Of a DNA stretch of 64,000 bases, positions 9,064 through 18,248 are shown piece after piece. Position numbers and translations under genes: made by a program. Within the stretch, counting starts at the first letter, position 1. Every line of letters begins with the position of its first letter. Origin of the DNA: Candidatus Kaiserbacteria bacterium (GTDB lineage Bacteria > Patescibacteriota > Minisyncoccia > Phycocordibacterales > JABMNX01); the NCBI GenBank assembly GCA_016186705.1, contig JACPLB010000006.1:16325-80324 (forward strand). The letters run 5' to 3'. Below the pieces are notes generated by a model, which searched no databases, had not been told where the DNA came from, and was given only the letters and a program-made list of their open reading frames with translations.

Positions 9064-9627
9064 TTAATCTTCCTCGCGACGAATTGAATCCCAAGATGTG
9101 CGCCAATAGTTCTTTCTTTGCTCCACATCTTTTTCGTACTCTTTCTCAAATATTCTTTTATATAAATCCCAACTGTAAGCGATACTTAAATTATGATAAG
9201 GAATGACCCCATTCGAGTTATCGTAAAATTTTTCTTCTACTGCACTAATTTTTTCTCCGTTTATAATCGATATGTTTGATTCGATCATTTTGTCATACTC
9301 TTGTTTTGCAAAGTTGGTACAAAAACGTACCAAGGTATTTCTACCGATTGCATTTAAGAGATCATCGCTGGGTTTAAAATCTTCCTTTTTACCTTGAAAC
9401 TTTTTTATTTCCTCAACCTCTTTCTTTTGAAAAGCACTGAAACTATCTTCAAATTGTTTTTGCCAATTAGTAAATAACTTCTTACTATCAGAGATTTGTT
9501 TCTCAGAGAATAAAGGATTTAAGCTCGTTTTTTCGTCACTCAAAGATGGGGTCAATTCTTTCTTATTCTTAATCCAAAAGAAATATACAATGACTCCTAT
9601 AGCGATTATCCAAATTGGTGTGTACAT
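9064..9627 (-). CDS. Hypothetical single-TM protein
   Basis: Start re-assigned to MYTPIWIIAIG (9627), because the longer ORF overlaps tRNA-Ser; AT-rich. Confidence 0.65.
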   Translation of the reverse strand: MYTPIWIIAIGVIVYFFWIKNKKELTPSLSDEKTSLNPLFSEKQISDSKKLFTNWQKQFEDSFSAFQKKEVEEIKKFQGKKEDFKPSDDLLNAIGRNTLVRFCTNFAKQEYDKMIESNISIINGEKISAVEEKFYDNSNGVIPYHNLSIAYSWDLYKRIFEKEYEKDVEQRKNYWRTSWDSIRREED

Positions 9628-9685
9628 ATTTTTATTGATTAAATTATACCAAGAAACCCTTATTTTGCTTGGGTTCAAACTTGGT

Positions 9686-9779
<94 letters not shown>

Positions 9780-9879
9780 AATATACTTCGTATTGTCGCT
9801 TGCTAGCATAATGCTAGCAAACCGGCGGCTTCGTTGGTCGTCCTCTTTCAGAGTAAACAGAAAGCAGTCTCTGTTTACT

Positions 9880-9897
9880 CCACTCAGCCACCTCTCC
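9880..9897 (-). repeat. 18-bp direct copy of the tRNA-Ser 5' end
   Basis: CCACTCAGCCACCTCTCC identical at 9762-9779 and 9880-9897. Confidence 0.9.
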
Positions 9898-9979
9898 CTA
9901 TCCACGATAGAGCCATAGTAGCAGAGGCAACTCCAAATGCAAAAATACAGGAGTAATTAATGTATGGTACGCTTTTTGT

Positions 9980-10369
9980 ATGAGAATTCTTGGCATTGAT
10001 TATGGAACAAAAAGAATCGGCATTGCGCTCTCCGACGACACGCTCTCTTTCGCGTTTCCGAAAACGGTTTTTAAAAATAAGAAAGATATTATATCCGGTA
10101 TCAAGAAAATAGTAGAGGAGAACGACGTCAGTGAAATCGTTATCGGGCAATCGCTCAACCTCAAAGGGGGAAACAATCCGCTTATGGAGAACATACGAAC
10201 ATTTTCCGATGCTCTCGGGAAAGAGATTGGCATTCCGATACATTTTGAACCGGAATACTTTACGTCAGTTGAGGCGCGCAAAAGTAATCCAAAGGAAGGT
10301 ATGATTGATGCTTCCGCGGCGGCGCTTATTCTCCAGCGTTTTCTTGATAAGAGAAAAGAGAGAGGATAG
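9980..10369 (+). CDS. ruvX: YqgF/RuvX pre-16S rRNA nuclease
   Basis: MRILGIDYGTKRIGIALSD...IDASAAALILQRFLD. Confidence 0.95.
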   Translation: MRILGIDYGTKRIGIALSDDTLSFAFPKTVFKNKKDIISGIKKIVEENDVSEIVIGQSLNLKGGNNPLMENIRTFSDALGKEIGIPIHFEPEYFTSVEARKSNPKEGMIDASAAALILQRFLDKRKERG

Positions 10370-10381
10370 AGTATATACACC

Positions 10382-10999
10382 GTGTTCTATAACAATCTCT
10401 TGTATCAGCGGATACTCACGTGGCAATCCCGTAGCACGGAATGGTTTAAGGCGCGTGCTCACGGCGCGTACGCCAAAGCATGGCTCTTCTTTCTTTCATT
10501 TACCGAGTCGTCATTTCTCTTTATCCCGCCGGATATTCTCCTTGTTGCCATACTTCTAGTAAGTTCCCGACAGTGGTTTTACTATGCCGCACTGACGACC
10601 GTCGCCTCTCTTCTCGGCGCGGTATTCGGATACGCGGTAGCGGTCTTTTTTTATGACACCGTAGGCGTGCAAATCGTGAATTTCTACCACCTCTCCGCTC
10701 ACATGGAATCCGCACGTCTCCTTTTTAACAGAAACGCGTTTTGGGCCGTGTTTACTGCGGCCTTCACGCCGATTCCGTACAAGGTGGCCGTGCTCGCAGC
10801 CGGCTTCCTTAAAATCGATTTCTTCACATTTCTTCTCGCCTCGATTCTCGGCAGAGGTTTGAGGTATACGGTTGTCGCGTACGCGGTGCGCCTCTTCGGG
10901 AAGGAAGCGACAACGTTTCTCTCCCGTTACTCGGTCGGCGTTACTGTTGCGGTGCTTGTCGTCATCGCGGTATTTTTCGTGAGAAACATTCTTTTCTGA
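10382..10999 (+). CDS. YqaA/DedA (VTT) family membrane protein
   Basis: SFTESSF..IPPD and FTPIPYK motifs. Confidence 0.9.
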   Translation: MFYNNLLYQRILTWQSRSTEWFKARAHGAYAKAWLFFLSFTESSFLFIPPDILLVAILLVSSRQWFYYAALTTVASLLGAVFGYAVAVFFYDTVGVQIVNFYHLSAHMESARLLFNRNAFWAVFTAAFTPIPYKVAVLAAGFLKIDFFTFLLASILGRGLRYTVVAYAVRLFGKEATTFLSRYSVGVTVAVLVVIAVFFVRNILF

Positions 11000-11068
11000 A
11001 AAAAAGTGCCGCCTGTTTTTTCTTGCGTGCGGAAGAAGGTATACTAAAAGGGTATTCATACACGCATT

Positions 11069-12157
11069 ATGAGCCAGCACGTTCAGTTACCAGCACAAGG
11101 TGGTTTTTTAAGGTTCTTTCCGACTCCATCCTTTCTGAATTTTTCCGCGACTGGCGTTGATATTTCAGAGACATCAGTCAAGGTACTCAAGCTCAAAGAA
11201 ACGCGGGACGGAACCATTCCGGAGTTTTTTGAGGAGAAACGAATCGCGTTTGACATCATTTCGCAGGGAGACATTAGGGATGTTCATGCTCTCGCGGCGG
11301 TACTTACCGAGCTTAAAAAGAAATATGACATGGCGTTTATCCGCGCCTCCCTGCCTGAAGAAAAAGTATACTTGTTTCAGATGAGCATTCCGTACGCCGA
11401 AAACAAAGAGCAACTGCTCCATAGCATTGAATTCCAGCTTGAAGAGCACGTACCGATCCCTCCGGAAGATTCGGTGTTTGACTACGATATCATTCGCAAA
11501 CGTGAGGCGGATATTGAGGTGAGCGTTACCGTTTTCCCCAAGAAAGTCGTAGAAAGTTACCAGGAAGCGTTCCGTCTCGCTGGACTCACCCCTATTTCGT
11601 TTGAGCTTGAGGGTCAGGCGATTGCAAATGCGGTCATTGCCAGAGGGGATGAGAAGTCATACATGATAGTGGACTTTGGCAGGTCGCGAACCGGCATCGT
11701 CATTGTCAAAAACGGCATTGCGAGCTTCACCTCGACGGTAGATATCGGCGGCAATGCGCTCACCGAAGTTATTATGGAACATTTTCATGTCGACGAGGCG
11801 GAAGCGCAGAGAATGAAAAATAAGAAGGGGGTTATTCACAGCGAGGACAATAAAGAACTTCACGATTCTCTCTTAAAGACCATTTCTGCGTTGAGGGACG
11901 AAGTGAATCGGCACTTCCTCTACTGGAATACCAGCGATGCAAATCGGAAAGAAGAGGATAAAATAAGCAAGATTATTCTCTGCGGAGGGAATGCATCGCT
12001 CGCGGGGCTTCCCGAGTTTCTCTCGCTCGGTATTAAGGTCCCGGTTGAAAGGGCGGATGTCTGGCAGAACGCGTTTTCGTACGAAAATTACATACCGCCG
12101 CTTAATTATGAGGAAGGCCTTTCGTACGCAACTACCATTGGTCTTGCGTTAATGTAG
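11069..12157 (+). CDS. pilM: Type IV pilus assembly protein PilM
   Basis: Actin-like fold motifs GVDIS..SVK, VDFG, IGG..LT, ILCGGNA.L.GL, TTIGLAL. Confidence 0.9.
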   Translation: MSQHVQLPAQGGFLRFFPTPSFLNFSATGVDISETSVKVLKLKETRDGTIPEFFEEKRIAFDIISQGDIRDVHALAAVLTELKKKYDMAFIRASLPEEKVYLFQMSIPYAENKEQLLHSIEFQLEEHVPIPPEDSVFDYDIIRKREADIEVSVTVFPKKVVESYQEAFRLAGLTPISFELEGQAIANAVIARGDEKSYMIVDFGRSRTGIVIVKNGIASFTSTVDIGGNALTEVIMEHFHVDEAEAQRMKNKKGVIHSEDNKELHDSLLKTISALRDEVNRHFLYWNTSDANRKEEDKISKIILCGGNASLAGLPEFLSLGIKVPVERADVWQNAFSYENYIPPLNYEEGLSYATTIGLALM

Positions 12158-12161
12158 CTTT

Positions 12162-12701
12162 ATGTCAAACGTATTGCCCCCACATGACAAAAAGTATTTG
12201 AAACGGGAGTACACGCTCCGTCTTTTTACGGTCTTTTTTCTGTTTCTCCTTTCTACGGGACTCTTTGCGACCATACTTCTTCTGCCGTCGTATTTCATAT
12301 CACAATCAAAAGAAGCTTCTATTGAGCGACAGTCGCAACTGCTTCAAAGGGCAATCACATTTCGGGAAAGCGACCGTTCAACCGCGTCTCTTGTAACGAC
12401 AAAGCAAAAATTGAATGAGCTTGCCGCGCTCCGCATGCAAACGCCCCACACGGATGTCATCAGTGCGGTTGTCCGAAGCACCGATTCCACAATTACCGTT
12501 GACGCCTTTTATTACACGAAGAAATCCGTTGATAATGCAGAACTTAAAATTACCGGACGCGCGCTGTCGCGCACAGCACTCCTGTCTTTTTCAGACCGGC
12601 TGAAGAGAGAACGTGTGTTTGAACGTGTTGACCTGCCTGTTTCAAGTCTCGCGCGTGACGCGAACATTGTCTTTTCAATTACGCTTGAAGGAGATTTCTA
12701 A
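12162..12701 (+). CDS. pilN: PilN-like protein
   Basis: N-terminal NVLP motif, TM helix, ITGRA.SR..L; follows pilM. Confidence 0.8.
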   Translation: MSNVLPPHDKKYLKREYTLRLFTVFFLFLLSTGLFATILLLPSYFISQSKEASIERQSQLLQRAITFRESDRSTASLVTTKQKLNELAALRMQTPHTDVISAVVRSTDSTITVDAFYYTKKSVDNAELKITGRALSRTALLSFSDRLKRERVFERVDLPVSSLARDANIVFSITLEGDF

Positions 12702-12710
12702 ACGTTTTCT

Positions 12711-13241
12711 ATGGAAGCATCAAAAACAAAAATACTCGCTATGTTTGCCGCCCTCGGCGCGCTTGTCGCGCTCGGCATCTACACCCTCTTATTCTTTGAG
12801 GTGAAGAAAACGAACGAAGCGGTTTCGACACTGCAAAATCAACTTGACATTGAGGTGCGGCAGGACCAGCGCCTACGCTCAATGAAGGAGCTTCTCGCCG
12901 ACCTTGACGAAGAATTAAAAAAGATTGACACGTACTTTATCGCGTCCGATGGAGTTGTTAATTTTCTTGAAGAGCTTGAATCGTTCGGACGTATTTCAAG
13001 CGCATCCGTTGAGGTAAATTCCGTCAGTGTTGAAGATGGAGAAGGCACCGCGTCACTTCCGTACAACCGGCTTCGTATCGAGTTTGTCTCGGAAGGAAGC
13101 TGGAGTGCCCTCATGCGTCTTATCTCGCTTCTCGAGACGTTTCCTGCAGGGATTACCATGCATCGTTCCCAACTTGAACGCCTTCCGAACTCCGTGTTGT
13201 GGCAAGGGCACATCAGCTTTACCGTATTAACACTTAAATAA
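12711..13241 (+). CDS. pilO: PilO-like protein
   Basis: TM + coiled coil + GSW..L..LI..LE..P; follows pilN. Confidence 0.75.
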   Translation: MEASKTKILAMFAALGALVALGIYTLLFFEVKKTNEAVSTLQNQLDIEVRQDQRLRSMKELLADLDEELKKIDTYFIASDGVVNFLEELESFGRISSASVEVNSVSVEDGEGTASLPYNRLRIEFVSEGSWSALMRLISLLETFPAGITMHRSQLERLPNSVLWQGHISFTVLTLK

Positions 13242-13242
13242 T

Positions 13243-13575
13243 ATGGACCGCAACGCTATCAAAGAATTTGTCTCGCATTCACTCCCGTTCTTCAGTACCG
13301 GAAAAGGCTCTGGGCGCTTAAACGCGCACTTTCATTGGAAGCTTCTGTTCGGCGGCTTCCTTACGCTCAACATACTCATTCTTCTTTTGAGTCTCTACCT
13401 TTTCCTCCAAATTAACGAGGGGGACATTTTTCTCGTCGAGCAAAATCAGGAAATTCGAATCGAAACAATTGATAGAAACATGCTTAACGAAACCATTGCG
13501 TTTTTCGAAAGTAAAAATACGCGCTTTGAGTCGAACAAACTTTTACCTTTAGAAATTCCCGATCCGTCCCGATAA
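13243..13575 (+). CDS. Single-TM protein ending the pilMNO operon (PilP positional analogue)
   Basis: TM helix, C-terminal DPS motif, operon position. Confidence 0.6.
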   Translation: MDRNAIKEFVSHSLPFFSTGKGSGRLNAHFHWKLLFGGFLTLNILILLLSLYLFLQINEGDIFLVEQNQEIRIETIDRNMLNETIAFFESKNTRFESNKLLPLEIPDPSR

Positions 13576-13636
13576 TTGTTTTACGTCGCATTTTCTCGTA
13601 TATTTCTCGTATAGTGATGGAGTTTTAGGTTCGCAT

Positions 13637-13711
13637 GTCCCCATAGCTCAATGGATAGAGCAACGGTCTTCTAAGCCGTCGATCCGGGTTCGACTCCTGG
13701 TGGGGACACCA
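13637..13711 (+). tRNA. tRNA-Arg(TCT)
   Basis: GTCCCCA/TGGGGAC acceptor, ACGGT-CT-TCT-AA-GCCGT, GGTTCGACTCC, CCA. Confidence 0.97.
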
Positions 13712-13770
13712 AAATATTCAGAACATTTTTATTGAAATTCCGCCAATCTTCTATATACTCCAGTCTATAT

Positions 13771-13843
13771 GGGCGCTTAGCTCAGTTGGTAGAGCAATTC
13801 GTTTACACCGAAAAGGTCGGGGGTTCAAGTCCCTCAGCGCCCA
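13771..13843 (+). tRNA. tRNA-Val(TAC)
   Basis: GGGCGCT/AGCGCCC acceptor, TTCG-TT-TAC-AC-CGAA, GGTTCAAGTCC. Confidence 0.96.
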
Positions 13844-13850
13844 CACCAGT

Positions 13851-13883
13851 AAATGAAAACATCCTCAATGGATGTTTTCATTT
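13851..13883 (+). terminator. Hairpin after tRNA-Val
   Basis: AAATGAAAACATCC-TCAAT-GGATGTTTTCATTT. Confidence 0.7.
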
Positions 13884-13904
13884 GCCTGGCTTTATTGAAT
13901 CCGT

Positions 13905-14045
13905 TGAGGGACTTGAAAGACGAACCCCTCATATGCATGGCATGTGAGGGGGAGTCCGGGCAGGAACTTCTTATGAGTTCGCCTCCGCCAGTTGGCGGAT
14001 TGCGGACGAATTAGAAAGTTGACGCCATGTCCCTCAGCGCCCACA
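13905..14045. repeat. tRNA-associated structured element, copy 1
   Basis: Inverted copy of the tRNA T-arm (13905-13917); motifs AGACG, GAGTCCGGGCAGGA, TGACGCCA; 17-bp direct copy of the tRNA 3' end (14029-14045). Confidence 0.75.
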
Positions 14046-14058
14046 TCAAAATCGCGCA

Positions 14059-14340
14059 ATGTCTTTAAAACACGAAATTTACTGCAAGGTGTACGGCAAA
14101 GTGCAAATGGTCATGTTCCGTGACTTTATCCGCCGCCACGCACGTCCACTTGGGCTCAAGGGGACAGTCGAGAATCTCGACGACGGGTCGGTTGAAGTCA
14201 TTGCACAAGGCACGGAGGAGAAATTAAAGACACTTATTGAAAAACTTCATAAGGGACCGTTCCTTGCCCGCGTTATCCGTGTTGATGTTACATGGAGAGA
14301 ACCACAGGAAGACTTTCAAGGTTTTACTATTGTATACTGA
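14059..14340 (+). CDS. acyP: Acylphosphatase
   Basis: VYGKVQMVMFR...GTVENLDDGSVEVIAQG...GP. Confidence 0.9.
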   Translation: MSLKHEIYCKVYGKVQMVMFRDFIRRHARPLGLKGTVENLDDGSVEVIAQGTEEKLKTLIEKLHKGPFLARVIRVDVTWREPQEDFQGFTIVY

Positions 14341-14346
14341 ACGCTT

Positions 14347-15036
14347 ATGCTTGATAAAACAAAAATACCGATGTGCATCGGCGTCATCATAGACGGCAAT
14401 CGCCGGTGGGCAAAAGAAAAAGGATTGCCGTCTTTTGAAGGACATCGGCGCGGATACGGGAAAGTTAAGGAATGCGCCGGCTGGGCAAAAGAGGTGGGAG
14501 TAAAAAACCTTATCATGTATACGCTTTCGACCGAAAATTGGAATCGTTCGAAAGAAGAAGTCTCCTACCTTCTGGATTTGTTCCGGACCGTTCTCAAGGA
14601 GGAACTCGACGAACTCGTGAAAGGCAACACCCGCGTTATTTTTGCGGGGGAACTCTCTCGCTTTCCGAAAGACCTGCAAAAGATGATGCGGGAGTCGGAG
14701 GAAAAGACGAAAAGCCGCACGGAACAGACACTTGTCATTGCCGCATCGTACGGCGGGCGTGCGGAAATCGTTCATGCGGCAAACGCACTCTTGAAAAAAG
14801 GGAAGTCGTCGGTAAGCGAAAAAGATTTTTCACAGTATCTCTGGACTGCCGGCGTGCCCGACCCGGACTTGATTATCCGCACGGGCGGGGAACAGCGTCT
14901 CTCTAATTTTCTGCCGTGGCAGAGCATTTACAGTGAGCTCTTTTTCTCGCCGACCTACTGGCCTGATTTTTCAAAAGAAGAATTCTTCAAAATTCTTGAA
15001 GATTATCAAAAACGCTCTCGGAGAATGGGCGTATAA
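14347..15036 (+). CDS. uppS: Undecaprenyl diphosphate synthase
   Basis: IIDGNRRWA, STENWNR, YGGRAEI, PDLIIRTGGEQRLSNFL. Confidence 0.97.
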   Translation: MLDKTKIPMCIGVIIDGNRRWAKEKGLPSFEGHRRGYGKVKECAGWAKEVGVKNLIMYTLSTENWNRSKEEVSYLLDLFRTVLKEELDELVKGNTRVIFAGELSRFPKDLQKMMRESEEKTKSRTEQTLVIAASYGGRAEIVHAANALLKKGKSSVSEKDFSQYLWTAGVPDPDLIIRTGGEQRLSNFLPWQSIYSELFFSPTYWPDFSKEEFFKILEDYQKRSRRMGV

Positions 15037-15040
15037 TGCA

Positions 15041-15772
15041 ATGAATATCCCAATTATCTACGAGGATGATTCGGTACTCGTGATTGATAAACCGGCGGGA
15101 CTTGTTGTCCACCCCGCCTTTGGCGGGGTGGGTCCCGACGGAAAGACGAAAGAAGAAACTCTCACGGATTGGATACGTACACGATATCCGGACATGCGCG
15201 CTGTGGGCGAGCCGCTCCAGCTCTCCTCGGGCGAGGCAATTGCGCGTCCCGGCATTGTGCATCGTATTGACCGTGAGACATCAGGAGTTTTGATTATCGC
15301 GAAAACTCAAGAGAGTTTTGCTTTTCTCAAGAAACAGTTTCAGAACCGCGAAGTTTTTAAAGAGTACAGGGCGTTCGTCTACGGGGTGATGAAAGACGAT
15401 TCAGGGATAGTAAACCGCCCAATCGGACGGAGCAGTAAAGATTTCCGTCTCCGCTCCGCCCAGCGCGGCGCACGCGGCACTCTGCGTGATGCGGTAACGG
15501 ACTACACAGTACTAAAAAGAGGTAAGTCGGCAACATACGTTGCCGTTATGCCGAAGACCGGCAGAACACACCAAATCCGCGCACACTTCAAAGCGGTGAA
15601 TCATCCGATTGTCTGCGACACGCTCTATGCGCCGAAACGAGTGTGCGAACTCGGTTTTACGCGTCTCGCGCTTCACGCCTCTCGACTTGAGCTTGAAATT
15701 CCGCACAAAGGAAAAACAACATTTGAAGCGCCGCTCCCTCCAGATTTCGAGCATGCACTGAAGCTCCTCTAA
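15041..15772 (+). CDS. RluA-family pseudouridine synthase
   Basis: [29 protein letters not shown]; start re-assigned to 15041. Confidence 0.95.
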   Translation: MNIPIIYEDDSVLVIDKPAGLVVHPAFGGVGPDGKTKEETLTDWIRTRYPDMRAVGEPLQLSSGEAIARPGIVHRIDRETSGVLIIAKTQESFAFLKKQFQNREVFKEYRAFVYGVMKDDSGIVNRPIGRSSKDFRLRSAQRGARGTLRDAVTDYTVLKRGKSATYVAVMPKTGRTHQIRAHFKAVNHPIVCDTLYAPKRVCELGFTRLALHASRLELEIPHKGKTTFEAPLPPDFEHALKLL

Positions 15773-15815
15773 GCGTTTGCGGGCAGACTTTCGCTGTGCT
15801 ACAGTACAAGGCGCT

Positions 15816-16361
15816 ATGAATCAGACAGCGGAAAAAACAAGCATAAAAATTTCTCCGGTTGATATGAAGAACCGCGCAAGCGTCGGCATTCACGCCGGCG
15901 ACACGGTTCGCGTATGGCAGAAAATTGAAGAAAAAGAGAAGATACGCCTCCAAGCGTTTGAAGGCTTGGTGCTTGCGCGAAAACACGGGGAGGAGCCGGG
16001 TGCGACGTTTACCGTTCGTCGAGTCTCTGACGGCGTCGGCGTCGAGAAGATTTTTCCGCTCTACTCACCGATGATTGACCGGATTGAAATCGTCCGCCGT
16101 TCAAAAGTGCGCCGCGCGAAACTCTATCATATTCGTGAAAAAGTCGCCCGCGAAATCAAGCATCAAATGCGAAAGATGAAAATAGTTGGTCTTACAACCG
16201 AAAGCGATATTTTCCAGAAAGCCGAAGCATCCGACAAAAAAGAAAAAGCGGAGACCGCATCTCAACAGATAAACACGGTTAACGGGGAAGAGAAGACGGC
16301 AGTCAACGCGCAGGAAGAAAAGCAAGCCCCTGTTGTCGAAGCGGAAGAAAAAAAGGAGTAA
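15816..16361 (+). CDS. rplS: 50S ribosomal protein L19 with acidic C-terminal extension
   Basis: GDTVRV...RLQAFEG...TFTVRR...GVEKIFP..SP...VRRAKLY. Confidence 0.95.
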   Translation: MNQTAEKTSIKISPVDMKNRASVGIHAGDTVRVWQKIEEKEKIRLQAFEGLVLARKHGEEPGATFTVRRVSDGVGVEKIFPLYSPMIDRIEIVRRSKVRRAKLYHIREKVAREIKHQMRKMKIVGLTTESDIFQKAEASDKKEKAETASQQINTVNGEEKTAVNAQEEKQAPVVEAEEKKE

Positions 16362-16379
16362 TATACGGGGGTACATAAC

Positions 16380-16465
16380 GCCCAGATGGTGGAACTGGTA
16401 TACACACACGCTTGAGGGGCGTGACTCGTTAGAGTGTGCGGGTTCGAGTCCCGCTCTGGGCACCA
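16380..16465 (+). tRNA. tRNA-Leu(GAG)
   Basis: GCCCAGA/TCTGGGC acceptor, CACGC-TT-GAG-GG-GCGTG, long variable arm, CCA. Confidence 0.96.
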
Positions 16466-16625
16466 CATCTTAAAAAATGAGACCTGCGTCTCATTTTTTA
16501 AGATGTGGTGAGACGGAGCGATGTCGCTTTGCGACCGCGAGTCCGGGCAGGAGCCACTTAGCGAATGCAATGAGCTTAGCGAGCTGACGCCAAATAAAAA
16601 AATGAGACCCCGGTCTCATTTTAAG
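16461..16625. repeat. tRNA-associated structured element, copy 2, flanked by a duplicated hairpin
   Basis: 23-bp inverted repeat 16461-16510; AGACG, GAGTCCGGGCAGGA (16539-16552), TGACGCCA (16585-16592); second AAAAAATGAGACC..GTCTCATTTT hairpin at ~16596-16622. Confidence 0.75.
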
Positions 16626-16644
16626 CAAATGATATAATTGAAGG

Positions 16645-17202
16645 ATGTTATTCACCGGAAAAGGCGATACAGGGACGACGAAAGTATTCGACACTGCGTC
16701 CGGAAAACGGATTTCAAAAAATTCTCTCCTGTCGGAGGCGCTCGGGTCGCTTGACGAAGTGAATTCGTTTCTCGGTCTGTGCAAAGTTGAAAGCGGAAAA
16801 AATGCTTTCAATGTCAGCGGAAAATCTTGTGCCGATATTGTGCACGGAACCCAAGAAAATCTCTTTATTATTCAAGCGGAGCTTGCGGGCGCGGAGAAAA
16901 CCATTCCTGAAGAGAAACTTCGCGAAGCTGAAAGACTCATCAATGCAATTGAAAAAGAACTTCCGCCGATTGCAACTTTTTTTATTTCCGGTGGGGCGGA
17001 ACTTGCGGCGCGATTTGATGTCGCGCGTACGCTCGCGCGGCGAGCAGAGCGCCGCGTTGTCGGGGTCGTTGAAGCCGGAGAGCGGAGGATGGGAGAGTGG
17101 TCTCTCGCATACCTCAACCGGCTCTCGTCGCTTCTCTACGCTTTGGCTCGACTTTCAAATCGAAAATCTGATATAGTCGAGCAATCTCCGCGCTACGAAT
17201 AA
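16645..17202 (+). CDS. PduO-type ATP:cob(I)alamin adenosyltransferase family protein
   Basis: FTGKGDTGTT, GSLDEVNS, ARTLARRAERR, YLNRLSS. Confidence 0.92.
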   Translation: MLFTGKGDTGTTKVFDTASGKRISKNSLLSEALGSLDEVNSFLGLCKVESGKNAFNVSGKSCADIVHGTQENLFIIQAELAGAEKTIPEEKLREAERLINAIEKELPPIATFFISGGAELAARFDVARTLARRAERRVVGVVEAGERRMGEWSLAYLNRLSSLLYALARLSNRKSDIVEQSPRYE

Positions 17203-17243
17203 ATAACCCAATTCTCTGGGGCATTTATTTCGGCTTACAATAT

Positions 17244-17316
17244 GGCGACTGTGGTGTAACGGTTAACACTGGAGCTTGTGGAGCTCTCAATTCGGGTTCG
17301 ATTCCCGACAGTCGCC
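17244..17316 (+). tRNA. tRNA-His(GTG)
   Basis: G-1 plus GCGACTG/CAGTCGC acceptor, GGAGC-TT-GTG-GA-GCTCT, GGTTCGATTCC. Confidence 0.95.
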
Positions 17317-17476
17317 CAAGAAAAACAACCCTTTACCAGAATGCCCTGAAAGGCATTGACAGATAATTCGCAGTATGCTAGAGTGTTCGGAATCAAATAA
17401 CTACTGAAGAAGAACTAAGTCGAGTTTACTCTTTAGGTTGTGTATTTGAGGTTTTATTCGATTTAGTTTCTAGGAA

Positions 17477-17677
17477 ATGCAAAAAGGAAAAATTGCACGT
17501 CTTATGGACAAGGGCTACGGCTTTATCCAGGTAGACGGCAGTGAAAAAGACCTTTTCTTTCACTCGAACGAACTTAAGAACGCAAGCTTTGACGACCTCA
17601 AAGAAGGCGACACACTTGAGTTTGAAGTTACCGAGGGACAGAAGGGTCCGCAGGCGGTGAATGTAAGCCGCGTGTAA
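17477..17677 (+). CDS. cspA: Cold-shock protein
   Basis: KGYGFI, DLFFH, KGPQAVNV. Confidence 0.95.
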   Translation: MQKGKIARLMDKGYGFIQVDGSEKDLFFHSNELKNASFDDLKEGDTLEFEVTEGQKGPQAVNVSRV

Positions 17678-17682
17678 CACAC

Positions 17683-17711
17683 AAAAATCCCCGCTTCAGG
17701 CGGGGATTTTT
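17683..17711 (+). terminator. Intrinsic terminator
   Basis: AAAAATCCCCGC-TTCAG-GCGGGGATTTTT. Confidence 0.85.
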
Positions 17712-17731
17712 GTTATACTAAACGTACCGTT

Positions 17732-18244
17732 ATGGCAGACAAAAATTATTTTCAGGGAAACAGCGACCATCCGCGACATATTTCAGTCGGTGCAATCGTA
17801 CTCAATGACAAAAACGAAGTTTGTTGCCACCACTTTCTTGCGAAAGACCTCAAAGGGTACTGGGTAGACGAAAAACTTGACGATTTTTATCTCTTGATGC
17901 GGGAAACGATGCATCCGAACGAAACGCTTGAGCAAGCGCTCACGCGGGGACTTATGGAAGAATTTGGAATTACCGCGACAATGATTGACTATGTCGGCTC
18001 AATCCAGAGCCACTTTACGCACAAAGGAATCACGGTGGAGAAAACGACGCTCTATTTTCTTACGAAACTCGTCTCGCAAGACCTTTCACATAGAGACACT
18101 TCCGATATTGAGGGAACGACAAAGGTTGAATGGCAGACAATAGACTTTCTCATTCCTCGTATGAAACAACAGGCGAAAAAATACGGACGCACGGACGTTG
18201 ACGAATCGAGTATTCTCGAAAAAGCACAAACTTTTATAACCTGA
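17732..18244 (+). CDS. NUDIX-fold hydrolase (degenerate Nudix box)
   Basis: SVGAIVLN...ETLEQALTRGLMEEFG. Confidence 0.75.
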   Translation: MADKNYFQGNSDHPRHISVGAIVLNDKNEVCCHHFLAKDLKGYWVDEKLDDFYLLMRETMHPNETLEQALTRGLMEEFGITATMIDYVGSIQSHFTHKGITVEKTTLYFLTKLVSQDLSHRDTSDIEGTTKVEWQTIDFLIPRMKQQAKKYGRTDVDESSILEKAQTFIT

Positions 18245-18248
18245 CGCC

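Noticed and set aside
16511-16592. Assignment of the tRNA-associated element as an HDV-like (theta) or hammerhead ribozyme
   Set aside because: I could not fit the nested double pseudoknot or the CUGANGA/GAAA cores by eye on either strand; left as unclassified.
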